64,000 nt of DNA from Acaryochloridaceae cyanobacterium VAR_48_metabat_390 (GCA_031422435.1 JANPLU010000101.1:20562-84561); one strand, 5' to 3'; shown: positions 22,420 through 35,466, numbered from the stretch's first letter. Numbers and translations: made by a program. The notes: generated from the sequence alone by a model not told the origin.

Positions 22420-22436
22420 ATAGATTGTTGATCCTT

Positions 22437-23615
22437 ATGAAGCCTACTATTAATTTCACGGTCTGTGGTAAGTTTCATTTTTCTAATTATATTAAGTATG
22501 TTTATCAAAACGAATTATTGAATCATTTTTATTATTCTCATAGAATAGCTACAAATGCAAAGAGTATGGGAATTCCTTCTTCTAAATGTAGCAATATATT
22601 CTTGAAGGAGTATCTTATATACATAAATATGAGAATATTTAAAGCAAGTAATCATGTAAATGAAAAGACTTTTCCCATATATCATGATATATGGCAAGCC
22701 TTAGTTTTAGCCCGATATTCAAAATCTAATATTCTTCATTTCATGCTTCATGGTACGAGCAATAAAATAATTGATAAGGCAATAAATCAAAAAAGTATTA
22801 TTCTTGGTGAACCAGTTAATTGTCATCCCTTATACTCTAAAACTATTCTTGATGATGAATACACAAGACTCGGTTTATCTCAAGCAACAAAATCTTTGTC
22901 AACTCAACATCAACGTTTAATTAATGAAATTGACAAATGTAACTATCTTCTTGCTCCTTCTGAATTTGTAAAAAATTCTTATATTAAATATGGGTTTGAC
23001 GGTTCTAAAATTTATGTCATACCTTATGGAGTAGATCTTATTAAATTTAACTCCTTTGAATCTATAAGTAGAAATAGTCAAGTCAATCCAAAGTTAAGGG
23101 TAATCTGTGTTGCACAAATATCTCCCAGAAAAGGTCATATTTATCTCTTAGAAGCATTTAAATACTTAGACAGGGCTAATTTTGAGTTGCTTTTTATTGG
23201 GTACTTAAGTAAGGAGATGAAGGAAGTCTTGTCAAAGTATGAAGGTCAGTTTACTCATATTGATCACGTTCCTAATAACTGTCTCCATAATTATTATCGC
23301 GAATCTGATGTATTTGTACTTCCCTCATTGGAAGATGGTTTTGCAGTTGTAGTTACTGAGGCTATGGCATGTGGGTTGCCGGTAATTATAACAACAAATA
23401 CTGGCGCCTCTGAGCTTATTGAACATGGGAAAGAAGGATATATTGTAACTATCCGCTCTCCAGAAAGCATTGCAGAATGTTTGGAAAAGCTTTTATTAAA
23501 TCCTGATTTACGGACGCGGATGTCTGAAGCTGCTTTAGAAAAGTCAAAATCAAGTTTAAGTTGGGAGCTTTATGCAAATAGGCTATGTGACTTATACAAA
23601 TCATTATATTTTTAA
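22437..23615 (+). CDS. GT4 glycosyltransferase
   Basis: PRKGH, VLPSLEDGFAVVVTEAMACGLPVI. Confidence 0.88.
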   Translation: MKPTINFTVCGKFHFSNYIKYVYQNELLNHFYYSHRIATNAKSMGIPSSKCSNIFLKEYLIYINMRIFKASNHVNEKTFPIYHDIWQALVLARYSKSNILHFMLHGTSNKIIDKAINQKSIILGEPVNCHPLYSKTILDDEYTRLGLSQATKSLSTQHQRLINEIDKCNYLLAPSEFVKNSYIKYGFDGSKIYVIPYGVDLIKFNSFESISRNSQVNPKLRVICVAQISPRKGHIYLLEAFKYLDRANFELLFIGYLSKEMKEVLSKYEGQFTHIDHVPNNCLHNYYRESDVFVLPSLEDGFAVVVTEAMACGLPVIITTNTGASELIEHGKEGYIVTIRSPESIAECLEKLLLNPDLRTRMSEAALEKSKSSLSWELYANRLCDLYKSLYF

Positions 23616-23676
23616 TGATTTGTGATTAGCTCTGATTCTAAGATTTATTCAAAAAATATCTTATATTATTTAATTT

Positions 23677-24813
23677 ATGCTCAACACTACTATAAAAGCT
23701 GTCATAATATGGTCTACTTATGGCTCATATCATCTTGCTAGAGTACAAGCGTTAATCAATATTGGTTTTGAAGTTGATTGTATAAGTTATGCTTCGATGG
23801 ATCCTAAGTATCCTTTTTTTGCTTCAAGCTTAGCTAGTATAAAAGTAATTAATCAGTGTGACGCTAATGATATTAATTTTATATTCTCATTTATAAAAAC
23901 TTTCTTTATTCTTGTTAAGTCTAACCCCCATATAATTTTGACATGTGGATATGAACGACCCGAGTCTTTCTCATGTATTCTTTACTCAAAATTATTTTCG
24001 TGTAAATCACTTTTGCTTTTTGAAAATCAATTAGAGGATAAAAAGAGAAGTAAAATTATTGAACTCATTAAAAAATACTATATTCGTTTTTTTGATGGCA
24101 TCATTTGTGGTGGAAGTACGCATATTGAGTATCTTAAGCATCTTAAATATCCGCTTGATAGAGTTGTAACGGGTTATGACTCTGTAGACAATTCACGTAT
24201 TCAGTCTAGCAAAATACAAATTCATTCTCAAATCGAAAAGTCCTTATCACCTTTCCCCTTTTACTTTTTATGTATTGCACGGTTAATACACAAAAAAAAT
24301 CTAACTACGCTCATTCAGGCATACACTCTTTATAAAGAAAAAATTACTAAATATGAAGAGAAATGGAAATTAGTTATTGGTGGAGAAGGTTTTCTCCGAG
24401 AAGACCTTCTAAGTAAAATCTTTCAAAGCGATCTATCAAATGATGTATATCTTGCCGGACAAATTAATACTTTTGAGGATGTAGTTAACTATTACAGCTA
24501 TGCCAAGGCTTTTATACTGCCTAGCAACCATAGCGAACAATGGGGCTTAGTTGTTAATGAAGCAATGGCAGCAGGCTTACCCGTCATTGTCTCACAGCAG
24601 TGTGGATGCTCATCTGATCTCGTTCATGATGGAGTGAATGGCTTTACCTTTGATGGTAATTCAGCTGAGGATCTTAGTGAGCACATGCTATGGATGCATC
24701 TCAACCAAGAAAAACTATCCCAGATGGGGAAAGCATCTGAGGCAATAATATCAAAATTCTCAACATCAGTATTTGCTTCAAATGTAAAAACACTCTACAA
24801 GCGATTACAATGA
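23677..24813 (+). CDS. GT4 glycosyltransferase
   Basis: EQWGLVVNEAMAAGLPVIVS. Confidence 0.88.
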   Translation: MLNTTIKAVIIWSTYGSYHLARVQALINIGFEVDCISYASMDPKYPFFASSLASIKVINQCDANDINFIFSFIKTFFILVKSNPHIILTCGYERPESFSCILYSKLFSCKSLLLFENQLEDKKRSKIIELIKKYYIRFFDGIICGGSTHIEYLKHLKYPLDRVVTGYDSVDNSRIQSSKIQIHSQIEKSLSPFPFYFLCIARLIHKKNLTTLIQAYTLYKEKITKYEEKWKLVIGGEGFLREDLLSKIFQSDLSNDVYLAGQINTFEDVVNYYSYAKAFILPSNHSEQWGLVVNEAMAAGLPVIVSQQCGCSSDLVHDGVNGFTFDGNSAEDLSEHMLWMHLNQEKLSQMGKASEAIISKFSTSVFASNVKTLYKRLQ

Positions 24814-24886
24814 GAAAGCGGACTGTATAAGATGTTTGCTTTTTTATTAAATACTATATCGAGAGTGTTTTTGTCGGGGGGATAGA

Positions 24887-26023
24887 TTGCATAAAAATCG
24901 TTTAATAACAATTTGGGCTACCTATGGTCCTTATCACTTAGCTAGAGTTCAATCACTTATAAATGTGGGCTTCCTTACAACTTGTCTAAGCTATGCGAAA
25001 AGTGATACAAATGGATATCCATTTTTTAATCAACAGGTCTCAGGTGGTATCTGCATTAATGATTGTGATATATCAAAAATAAATCCTTTTACTTCCTTTA
25101 TTAGAACATTTAATGTGCTAGTAAAATCTAGGCCAGATCTAATATTAGCTTGTGGATATGAGCGGCCAGAGTCTCTTGCAAGTATAATTTATTCAACATT
25201 ATTTTCAGTTAAAGTTTTTTTGCTTTCAGTTAATCAAGAAGAAGATAAAAAAAGAATATTTTTGGTTGAATTAATCAAAAAATATTACATTCGTCTCTTC
25301 GATGGTGTTGTTGTGGGTGGCAATACTCATCTGCAATACTTTAATAAGCTACAATACCCTCTAGATCAAATTGCTGTTGGTTATAATTGTGTTGACAACG
25401 AAAAAATTTCTATTCAAGCTAAAATAATACGGACTCATAAACTAAGCCGTTTATCTCCTTATGAAAATTACTTTTTATGTATAGCTCGATTTATACCTAA
25501 AAAGAATTTGTCTACCTTAATCTACGCATATTTACTGTATAAAGAGGAAATATCTCCTGAATTTAAACCTTGGAATCTTGTAATCTGTGGAGAGGGCAAA
25601 ATAAGAGGTGAATTAGAAGAAGTAGTTCAGAAGAACTCACTTGTCGAAAATGTACATTTTCCAGGTCAAATTGATGATCTTGAAGATATCATCAATTACT
25701 ATAGTTATGCTAAATCATTTATATTGCCCAGTAGTGGCAACGAGCAATGGGGACTAGTAGTGAATGAAGCAATGACAGCAGGGCTTCCGGTCATAGTCTC
25801 TCAACAATGTGGATGTTCATCTAATTTAGTGCAGAATGGCATAAATGGCTTTGTTTTTGATGCAAACTCTAAGGAAGCTCTATGTAGCCACATGTTATGG
25901 ATGCATAGAAATCAAGAAAAATTGCCTCAAATGGGAGAACATTCATTTGAAATAATCTCTAAATATTCTCCTGACGCATTTGCTGCTAATGTTAAAGACT
26001 TATATCAAAAAACTAGTACATAG
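24887..26023 (+). CDS. GT4 glycosyltransferase (tandem paralogue of the previous gene)
   Basis: Same length, colinear, EQWGLVVNEAMTAGLPVIVS. Confidence 0.88.
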   Translation: MHKNRLITIWATYGPYHLARVQSLINVGFLTTCLSYAKSDTNGYPFFNQQVSGGICINDCDISKINPFTSFIRTFNVLVKSRPDLILACGYERPESLASIIYSTLFSVKVFLLSVNQEEDKKRIFLVELIKKYYIRLFDGVVVGGNTHLQYFNKLQYPLDQIAVGYNCVDNEKISIQAKIIRTHKLSRLSPYENYFLCIARFIPKKNLSTLIYAYLLYKEEISPEFKPWNLVICGEGKIRGELEEVVQKNSLVENVHFPGQIDDLEDIINYYSYAKSFILPSSGNEQWGLVVNEAMTAGLPVIVSQQCGCSSNLVQNGINGFVFDANSKEALCSHMLWMHRNQEKLPQMGEHSFEIISKYSPDAFAANVKDLYQKTST

Positions 26024-26199
26024 TTCTATTCCCTCCAAACAGTCTGTTTTTAATGCTAGACTCCTTCTTTTATATTGGTAGAGATTCTACTGATATTTCT
26101 GAATTTATTAGTCTGCTTAATTGGGATTTATCAAAATTCCTGAGCCAGAAATTCAAGATGTTTTTATTGACTATTTTAACTGCATAGTACATATTTATT

Positions 26200-27363
26200 A
26201 TGTTAACTAAAAACGTATGCATGATTGGGACATTTCCACCTCCTATTCACGGTATGTCAAATGTCAATAGTCAGGTTTTTCTGCTATTGAGTGGAATGAA
26301 CCATAACGCGAAAATGATTGATACATCGCCTCCGCAATGGTTGGGATCTCCATTTGCGCGGTTTCTGAAACCACTAAAAATTATTTTGAGCCTTGTTTAT
26401 CTAGGTTATCTTTCAATTACATTAAGACCTACCATTTATATAGGAATATCTGGTGGGTTTGGTCAGTTATATGAGATCTTTTATATTTTAATATCTAGAG
26501 TTTTTAACCATAGATTATTTATTCATCACCATAGCTACGCCTACATTAATAAAAAAAGCATCATTACAAGTTTAGTCACTTATTTAGCTGGTTCTAGGGC
26601 AACTCATATTCTTCTTTGCGAAGATATGGCTTTGAAGTTTAAAAATTCTTATCCGACAGCACAAAATACTTTTACACTTTCTAATTCTTGTTTTATAAAT
26701 CAGAGCAAAAATAATTCTTGTCCCTCAGATTTTGATATCGCAAATATAAGTGACTCTGAGAAACATTTTAAATCTTTTAGTTTAAATATTGAATTGTATA
26801 AAACGCCCACAAAGCTTGAAAAAACTATTAAGTTTGGATTTTTGGGAAATATTACAATCGACAAAGGAATCCTTGATTTTTTAAAGATTGTTGAATTGAT
26901 CAAAAATAAAAATTTGCCCTACATGGCGATTGTCGCAGGCCCATGTAAAAGTAAAGATCTACTATCCTTAATAAATCTTCAGGCATTAGATAATCAGCTC
27001 TTTAAATATATAGGAGCAGTTTATGATGATGAAAAAATAGGCTTTTTTAATGAAATTGATATATTAGTGTTTCCTACGAATTACATCAATGAGGCAGAAC
27101 CTCTTACTATCTTAGAAGCAATGTCCCATAGTGTACCTGTCATTTCTAAGAGTCGTGGGTGTATAAGCTCTATTATTTCAGAGATATCTGGCTGGATTAT
27201 TGAGGATGACCAAGATTTTCCTGATGAAGCCCTTAAGATTATTCAACAATGTCATACCTCACCTTTAGAAATGAATCAAAAAAAACTGTTATCAGGCTCT
27301 TATTACCAGAATCTTAAGAATGAAAATCATGAAAAACTTTTGAATCTTATAAGTTGCATGTAA
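26200..27363 (+). CDS. GT4 glycosyltransferase
   Basis: FPPPIHG, KGI, EAEPLTILEAM. Confidence 0.82.
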   Translation: MLTKNVCMIGTFPPPIHGMSNVNSQVFLLLSGMNHNAKMIDTSPPQWLGSPFARFLKPLKIILSLVYLGYLSITLRPTIYIGISGGFGQLYEIFYILISRVFNHRLFIHHHSYAYINKKSIITSLVTYLAGSRATHILLCEDMALKFKNSYPTAQNTFTLSNSCFINQSKNNSCPSDFDIANISDSEKHFKSFSLNIELYKTPTKLEKTIKFGFLGNITIDKGILDFLKIVELIKNKNLPYMAIVAGPCKSKDLLSLINLQALDNQLFKYIGAVYDDEKIGFFNEIDILVFPTNYINEAEPLTILEAMSHSVPVISKSRGCISSIISEISGWIIEDDQDFPDEALKIIQQCHTSPLEMNQKKLLSGSYYQNLKNENHEKLLNLISCM

Positions 27364-27392
27364 ATCTGATAACTGTATACCTGTACTAAATA

Positions 27393-28118
27393 ATGTTCTT
27401 TAATATGAATTTAAATATTCTGAAAGCTGTACTCACTTGGCCTAAATTTTCTTTTTCTTCGTACAAAATTGTTTCAAGACTTGTCAATCAAAGTATTTTA
27501 CCTAATACAGTTATTGATGTTGGTGGTAATCTTGGTCAATTTACAGTTGCTTCTGCAAAACTATTTAAAGATCCGCAAATTTTTACTTTTGAGCCGATGC
27601 CAAAGTGTGCCGAAAAAATTTCACAATATTCGATAAAATTAAAGAACTTAACTATTTTTCCGGTAGCTATAGGAGAAAGTTCTGGTCATGTATCTTTCCA
27701 GGTTAACTCCCATATCCAGGCAAGCTCTATATTGCCCCTTGCTTCTTCTCACCTTACTTCTTTCCCCAATGCTAAAGAAGTTGAAGTTATTGACGTGGAA
27801 GTTAAAACCTTAGATTCAGTATTAGCTGATCATGAATTTAAGTCTCCCGTTTTGCTTAAAATTGACACTCAAGGCTATGAAGCTAACGTTATTCGTGGCG
27901 CAACTGAGACATTAAAAAGAGTCGATTATGTCCTGCTAGAAGTTTCCTTCAAAGAATTATTCAAAGGTGAAATGCTATTTCCAGAAATTTTAGAACTGAT
28001 GGAATCTAACCATTTTAGATTTCTGCGCCCTATCAGTTGGTTTTGCGATCCAGTTAGTCAAGAAGTGCTTCAGATGGATGCTCTTTTTTGTAGAAAAACA
28101 AGGGCACTGTCTAACTAA
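27393..28118 (+). CDS. FkbM family methyltransferase
   Basis: DVGGNLGQF, FEP, LKIDTQGYE. Confidence 0.88.
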   Translation: MFFNMNLNILKAVLTWPKFSFSSYKIVSRLVNQSILPNTVIDVGGNLGQFTVASAKLFKDPQIFTFEPMPKCAEKISQYSIKLKNLTIFPVAIGESSGHVSFQVNSHIQASSILPLASSHLTSFPNAKEVEVIDVEVKTLDSVLADHEFKSPVLLKIDTQGYEANVIRGATETLKRVDYVLLEVSFKELFKGEMLFPEILELMESNHFRFLRPISWFCDPVSQEVLQMDALFCRKTRALSN

Positions 28119-28342
28119 CGGGTGATGAATATCTTGAATCAGTTACACAACAAGACTTTAGAGCATTTTTGAAAGGAATCACTGAGAACCTTCAATATCA
28201 AGGGTTAACGCCTTTATAACCCATTAAGGACACAGTGCCCTTAGTGGGCGATCGCGTTTTGGTTTTGGAGGGAAATGCGATCACTCCTCAGCCGACCTTC
28301 TCAGGATTTATCCCCATTTCTCGTAACTTCGCTGCCAAAGCT

Positions 28343-28762
28343 TCAGGCCGCATCACAAACTAATTTCTTAAAACTAGCCACAGAAACTATAGTTGTTTGT
28401 ATTAAATTTTGAGCTTCAGTAAAATCTAAATCGCCAGTAATCAAGAAATCTGCATTGCTTTCAATGTCACAGACTAGAAACTTAGCATCTTTTTGATCTC
28501 TAGGAAGATTAAGCTCCAATCCAGTACTCATTAAAACAGTAGCATTATCCAAAAACTCATACCATCGATTGAGCTGCTCTTGGAGTAACTTAAATTTTCT
28601 TCTGCTTAAAACTTCCTTGTATTCCCGTAAAATTTCTGCTGATACCACCCATTCAATTTCTGGATTACTAACAACAAAAAGAATAACAAACTCAGGATTT
28701 TTGCCAGATAGCGCCGCAGAAATTAAAACATTAGTATCAATGATTACTTTAATTCTCCGCAA
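28343..28762 (-). CDS. PIN-domain toxin (start codon possibly lost)
   Basis: VIIDTNVLISA, RDQKDAKF, LITGD; ATT where ATG is expected before KVIIDTN. Confidence 0.75.
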   Translation of the reverse strand: MRRIKVIIDTNVLISAALSGKNPEFVILFVVSNPEIEWVVSAEILREYKEVLSRRKFKLLQEQLNRWYEFLDNATVLMSTGLELNLPRDQKDAKFLVCDIESNADFLITGDLDFTEAQNLIQTTIVSVASFKKLVCDAA

Positions 28763-28989
28763 CGATAAGCCTCAATCTCCGCGACTATCTCATCATTAGT
28801 TAATGGATTATCTTGGTGTAATGCTTGGGTTTCTTTAAATAACTGCTGTAAACTTGATACCAAAACTTCTCTTTCCTTACCTTCTGCTATGATAATTACC
28901 TCAACCCTTTGTCCAGGTTTAAAAGGTAAGCCTGACAAAACGATATGATTTGGATCTTCTATAGTGAGATATCTTTTATAAGCATTCAT
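28744..28989 (-). CDS. Putative antitoxin paired with the PIN toxin
   Basis: MNAYKRYLTIEDP...LPFKPGQRVEVIII...EIEAYR; directly upstream of the PIN gene. Confidence 0.65.
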   Translation of the reverse strand: MNAYKRYLTIEDPNHIVLSGLPFKPGQRVEVIIIAEGKEREVLVSSLQQLFKETQALHQDNPLTNDEIVAEIEAYRCGELK

Positions 28990-29363
28990 AAAGTTTTTTA
29001 TAATTTTAGCCATAATTATATCATTTAAGCAAATGGAAATTGAGTCCGAAACTACGCGGTTAATCGAAGTCTCTAATTTCAATGGAGGGGTGATCGCACG
29101 CATCAAAAAAGATTAGGCTGGTGGGCAATTGCAGAAACTGGAAGGAACCTCTCTGTGCTTTCTTTATGTTTGGTGAAGGGGCGATCGCAGAATTGGAAAA
29201 GATTGTGTCAGTTTTGCCGTGTCGGTTGGTAGGCGATCGCACACTGCAAAAGCAAGCCACGGTTTTTCTGTTGGTTCTTGGAAAATCGACCATCAAAGCT
29301 AGTAGGCGATCACCGCAAAGTTCTGGGGTAGCCTCACCAGCGCCAAAATGTTAGGGTTTTATC

Positions 29364-30341
29364 ATGAGCCTCCCAAGAGCAGACCTCGATTCGCCCTGGA
29401 AAGAAATTCTAAGAGCCTACTTCCCCCAGGCCATGCAGTTCTTCTTCCCCAACACCGCCGCCTTCATTGATTGGGATCGCTCCCATGAATTTTTGGACAA
29501 AGAATTTGTTCAGATCGCACGAGACGGTGAAATCGTCCGACGCTATGCCGACCAGCTCGTCAAAGTGTGGCGCAAAAATGGAGAACCCCTTTGGCTATTA
29601 GTACATCTTGAAGTCCAAAGTCAATCAGAAACAGACTTTGCCGAACGAATGTTTACTTATTGCCTGCGAATCTTCGACCTATTTCGGCAAATCCCGACCA
29701 GTTTAGCCATCCTGTGCGACGAAAGCGCATCATGGAGACCCCACAGCTACGGAGCAACCTATCCTGATTCGCACCTGCACTTCGAGTTTGGGGTCGCAAA
29801 ATTACTAGACTGGCGCAACCTCAGCACAGAACTTGAAACCAGCGAAAACCCATTCGCAATTGTGGTTTTAGCCCATCTAAAAGTCTTAGAAACCAAACGC
29901 AACAGCGACCGACGTAAAACTTGGAAATTTAGCCTAACCCGTGGTTTATACGATAAAGGCTATGAACGCCAACAGATTCTAGATTTATACCGTTTTATCG
30001 ATTGGGTTATGATCTTGCCAGAGGCCAAAGAACGTGAATTTTGGCAAGAACTACAAACCTTCGAAGAGGAACGTAAAGTGACCTACGTAACCCATGCCGA
30101 ACGTTTCGGCTTTGAGCGAGGAATACAAGAAGGCAGACAAAAAGGCAGACAAGAAGGCAGACAAGAAGGGGAATTGACCCTGATTCTTCGACAGCTCACT
30201 CGCCGGATCGGCACACTGCCAGAGCCTTTACACAATGAAATTCGCTTACTCTCCCTTGAACAAGTCGAAGACTTAGGAGATGCACTTTTGGAGTTTACCA
30301 ACCTCACCGACCTTCAAAATTGGCTCAGATCAAATATTTAA
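29364..30341 (+). CDS. Rpn/DUF4351 family protein
   Basis: DSPWKEIL, ADQLVKV, HLEVQ, GRQE repeats. Confidence 0.85.
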   Translation: MSLPRADLDSPWKEILRAYFPQAMQFFFPNTAAFIDWDRSHEFLDKEFVQIARDGEIVRRYADQLVKVWRKNGEPLWLLVHLEVQSQSETDFAERMFTYCLRIFDLFRQIPTSLAILCDESASWRPHSYGATYPDSHLHFEFGVAKLLDWRNLSTELETSENPFAIVVLAHLKVLETKRNSDRRKTWKFSLTRGLYDKGYERQQILDLYRFIDWVMILPEAKEREFWQELQTFEEERKVTYVTHAERFGFERGIQEGRQKGRQEGRQEGELTLILRQLTRRIGTLPEPLHNEIRLLSLEQVEDLGDALLEFTNLTDLQNWLRSNI

Positions 30342-30524
30342 GCCAAACATTTGAATTGAAATTAACCTACACTTTCAGCAAGGAAATTGAGAGTATTTTT
30401 CTAGGACTTATGGGTACACAGTAGCTTTCTTGAGAAGAGGTTTATGAGTCGATTTATGGCAAAACCTTTGGTAAAGCAAGACTTTAAGACTTAAAACCCA
30501 GAATAAATCATTAGGAGCTGACTC

Positions 30525-31112
30525 ATGATGATTGCAGCAAAAGAGAATTTTCCACCGCTTACCCCAGAAGAATACTTTACCTGGGAAGAACAGCAGCTAG
30601 AAAAGCATGAGTATATCAACGGTGAAGTCTATGCCATGAGTGGCGGCAGCAAAAACCATAGCCTAATCTCCGTCAGATTTACTACTCTATTTTCTAACCA
30701 CCTAGAAGGCAGCGGCTGCGAAACAGGTAATTCAGACCTGAGAGTCAACATCATTAAAACAACGAATTACACCTATCCTGACATCAGTGTCACCTGTGAT
30801 GATCGCGATAAAACCACAGCCCAATATATTACCTACCCTTGCTTAATCGTTGAAGTCTTATCAGCTGCTACAGAAGCTTATGACCGTGGTAGCAAATTTA
30901 GAATGTACCGTAACAATCCAGTCTTACAAGATTATTTATTAGTGAGTTCCACAAAAATTGAAATGGATTTGTATCACAAAAAAGATGCAACAGGCGAATG
31001 GATTATCATTAACTACAAAGAAAGTGACATTGTAGAACTCAAAAGCATCAATCTCAGTTTCCTAATCGAACAAGTCTATCGCGGCTTAGTTCTAACTCCA
31101 GAATCTAAATAG
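30525..31112 (+). CDS. Uma2 family endonuclease
   Basis: HEYINGEVYAMSGG, YPDISV, VEVLS. Confidence 0.9.
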   Translation: MMIAAKENFPPLTPEEYFTWEEQQLEKHEYINGEVYAMSGGSKNHSLISVRFTTLFSNHLEGSGCETGNSDLRVNIIKTTNYTYPDISVTCDDRDKTTAQYITYPCLIVEVLSAATEAYDRGSKFRMYRNNPVLQDYLLVSSTKIEMDLYHKKDATGEWIIINYKESDIVELKSINLSFLIEQVYRGLVLTPESK

Positions 31113-31343
31113 ACTCTACTAGTTTTCCTCAACCAAAAGGCGATCACAGAAACTGGAAGTGATCCTTCGAGACTTTTCTCTATGTTTGATAAAAGGGCGA
31201 TCGCAGACTTGGAAGGCAATCCCAATTTTATCAATCAATTTCTGAATGCTCGCTCTAAATGCGGGAATGTGGTTTCACGCTAAAGAGCTTTCCCCATGCC
31301 TGTGGCGGTAAACCGGCGTTCCTACAGGCCAGCCCGGAGATAA

Positions 31344-33398
<2,055 letters not shown>

Positions 33399-33720
33399 TC
33401 ATTTCCTAATTTACGCCATCATCCCCACCTTCATAGAAGCTTTCTGTGGTTTGGCTCATGGATGCGCTGAACTGCTTGTCAGCGTTGAACTATATCGTCT
33501 CGTGACGCAACAGAACTTTCAACACGCTAACGGCTGCTGCCATCCGAAAAAATACGGATCTTTTTGTTAGTTCTATGAATAAAAAGTAATTTTTGTTACT
33601 TATAAAATAGAAAAAACAGTATTATCCTCATTCAAAATCAGATTTTAAAAGGGCACTCTAAAAGAGAAGCTTTTCAAGAAACTCTTTTCCACCCTTTTAA
33701 GAACGCTGTTTGATTACGGT

Positions 33721-34593
33721 ATGGACTTTTTAGACACATTTAGCGAAATACTCTCCTATCCGAGGCTAGGTGAAGATCCCTGTATAGTCCTAGGCACAGA
33801 TCATGTTGAACAGCAGTATGATCACCCGACAGCAGTCGGTGTTGCTTCAATAGATTCAGAGGTCAGATTATCTATTAATTTAGAAGATCACGTCATCTTG
33901 GAGCAGTTTCAAGATTTTTATCTACTCAAAAATTCACGGTCAGCGTTATTCTCAATTTGGGCAGCAGAAGCAAAAACGCCCATTTTTAAATCAACGAATT
34001 GGTCTGCTGCATATCGCGCTTGGCTCCACTTACGGCAGACCCAAAAACCAGGGTATTCTCATACAGCGCAGAATGTTCAATCCTGTGATGCGCTGCACGA
34101 TTGGGTGCATCATCACCAAGAGGATCCTTGGTTTGGGCAGCTCATGTACAGCCGCGACCTTACCTTAGGGGGTGTCCTGCAATATTCTGTGCAAATCTCT
34201 GAGGCGATCGCCCTACGATGGACAGAGGGTACAGGCGCTGAAGGCATATTAGCGATAGAAAAAGTAGGGCGTCGTCAACACCGTCCAGCAAAATGGATCG
34301 AACCCCAGCCGCAGGCAGCCATTGCCGCTGCCCTACACTGCGCCATTGATGTTTTTCATCAACGCTGGAACTATAGCCTGTATCGCTTCAATAGTGAACA
34401 TTGGGCAAAGCTCATGGTGACGGGGCAATGTAGCTGTGACCAAACCGATGAAATTTTAGACTACTGGCGACAAACGGCGACTTCTGAAGAATTTGGGTCA
34501 GCATTGCCAGAGGTCTTAACGCTTAACCTTGAGGCGCAAAGCATTCTGAACACAGCGCTTGTCTCTACGACACCTAAACCCTTTACGCCTTAA
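33721..34593 (+). CDS. Hypothetical protein
   Basis: 290-aa ORF, no motif recognised. Confidence 0.6.
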   Translation: MDFLDTFSEILSYPRLGEDPCIVLGTDHVEQQYDHPTAVGVASIDSEVRLSINLEDHVILEQFQDFYLLKNSRSALFSIWAAEAKTPIFKSTNWSAAYRAWLHLRQTQKPGYSHTAQNVQSCDALHDWVHHHQEDPWFGQLMYSRDLTLGGVLQYSVQISEAIALRWTEGTGAEGILAIEKVGRRQHRPAKWIEPQPQAAIAAALHCAIDVFHQRWNYSLYRFNSEHWAKLMVTGQCSCDQTDEILDYWRQTATSEEFGSALPEVLTLNLEAQSILNTALVSTTPKPFTP

Positions 34594-34622
34594 GGAATTT
34601 TTCTACACTTCGCCAAAAAAAT

Positions 34623-34650
34623 GGGTTCCAGACCTGAACATCTGGAACCC
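34623..34650 (+). terminator. Hairpin / putative terminator
   Basis: gggttccaga...tctggaaccc inverted repeat downstream of the ORF. Confidence 0.5.
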
Positions 34651-34812
34651 ACCTGCCGATTCTTTAAGAGAGGAGAACAATATCTCTTATAAAAGCATCA
34701 TAGCTTTATTGATAAAAACTGTCAATAAAAGATAGCCCCATTTCTACGCCTAGGCCACAGCGTATGATAAATATAAGGCTCAGCATTCTTGAAGTAGGCT
34801 TTCGGATTACCC

Positions 34813-35466
34813 ATGGCTTTACAGTTGCGGATTTATGTCCCACCCCACCCGCTCATTAAGCATTGGCTGGCGATCGCCCGCGATAAAAACACCCCAGGCG
34901 TTATGTTTCGGGCAGCATTGAAAGAGTTAGGCTACTGGCTAACCTACGAAGCTATGCGGGGCGACTGGATTCCTACCGAAGATGTCATGGTTGAAACGCC
35001 TTTAGGACCTACGCCCGCAACGCTCGTTTCGCCGACGGTACCCATTGCGTTAGTGCCCATATTACGCGCAGGTTTAACTCTATTGGATGGCGCACAGGCG
35101 GTGATGCCGCGTGCCTCGACCTATCATTTGGGGCTAGTTCGCAACGAAGAAACTCTACAGCCAACCTGCTATCTCAATAAGCTGCCGGAAGCACTAGACC
35201 CTCAAACGCGGATTCTAATCTGTGAGCCAATGCTGGCAACGGGCGGGTCGATCATGATGGCAATGGCAGAGTTAACCAAACGTCAGGCAGATCCCAGCCT
35301 AATTCGCGTGATTTCTGTCGTGGCAGCGCCCCCAGCCCTCAAGCAATTGGCAGAGACATACCCCACCCTCGAAATTTATGCCGCTACCATTGATGAAACG
35401 GTGAACGACCAGGGGTTTATTGTGCCAGGGCTAGGAGATGCGGGCGATCGCGCGTTTGGCACCTAG
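34813..35466 (+). CDS. upp: Uracil phosphoribosyltransferase
   Basis: HPLIKH, PILRAG, PMLATGGS, PGLGDAGDR. Confidence 0.95.
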   Translation: MALQLRIYVPPHPLIKHWLAIARDKNTPGVMFRAALKELGYWLTYEAMRGDWIPTEDVMVETPLGPTPATLVSPTVPIALVPILRAGLTLLDGAQAVMPRASTYHLGLVRNEETLQPTCYLNKLPEALDPQTRILICEPMLATGGSIMMAMAELTKRQADPSLIRVISVVAAPPALKQLAETYPTLEIYAATIDETVNDQGFIVPGLGDAGDRAFGT

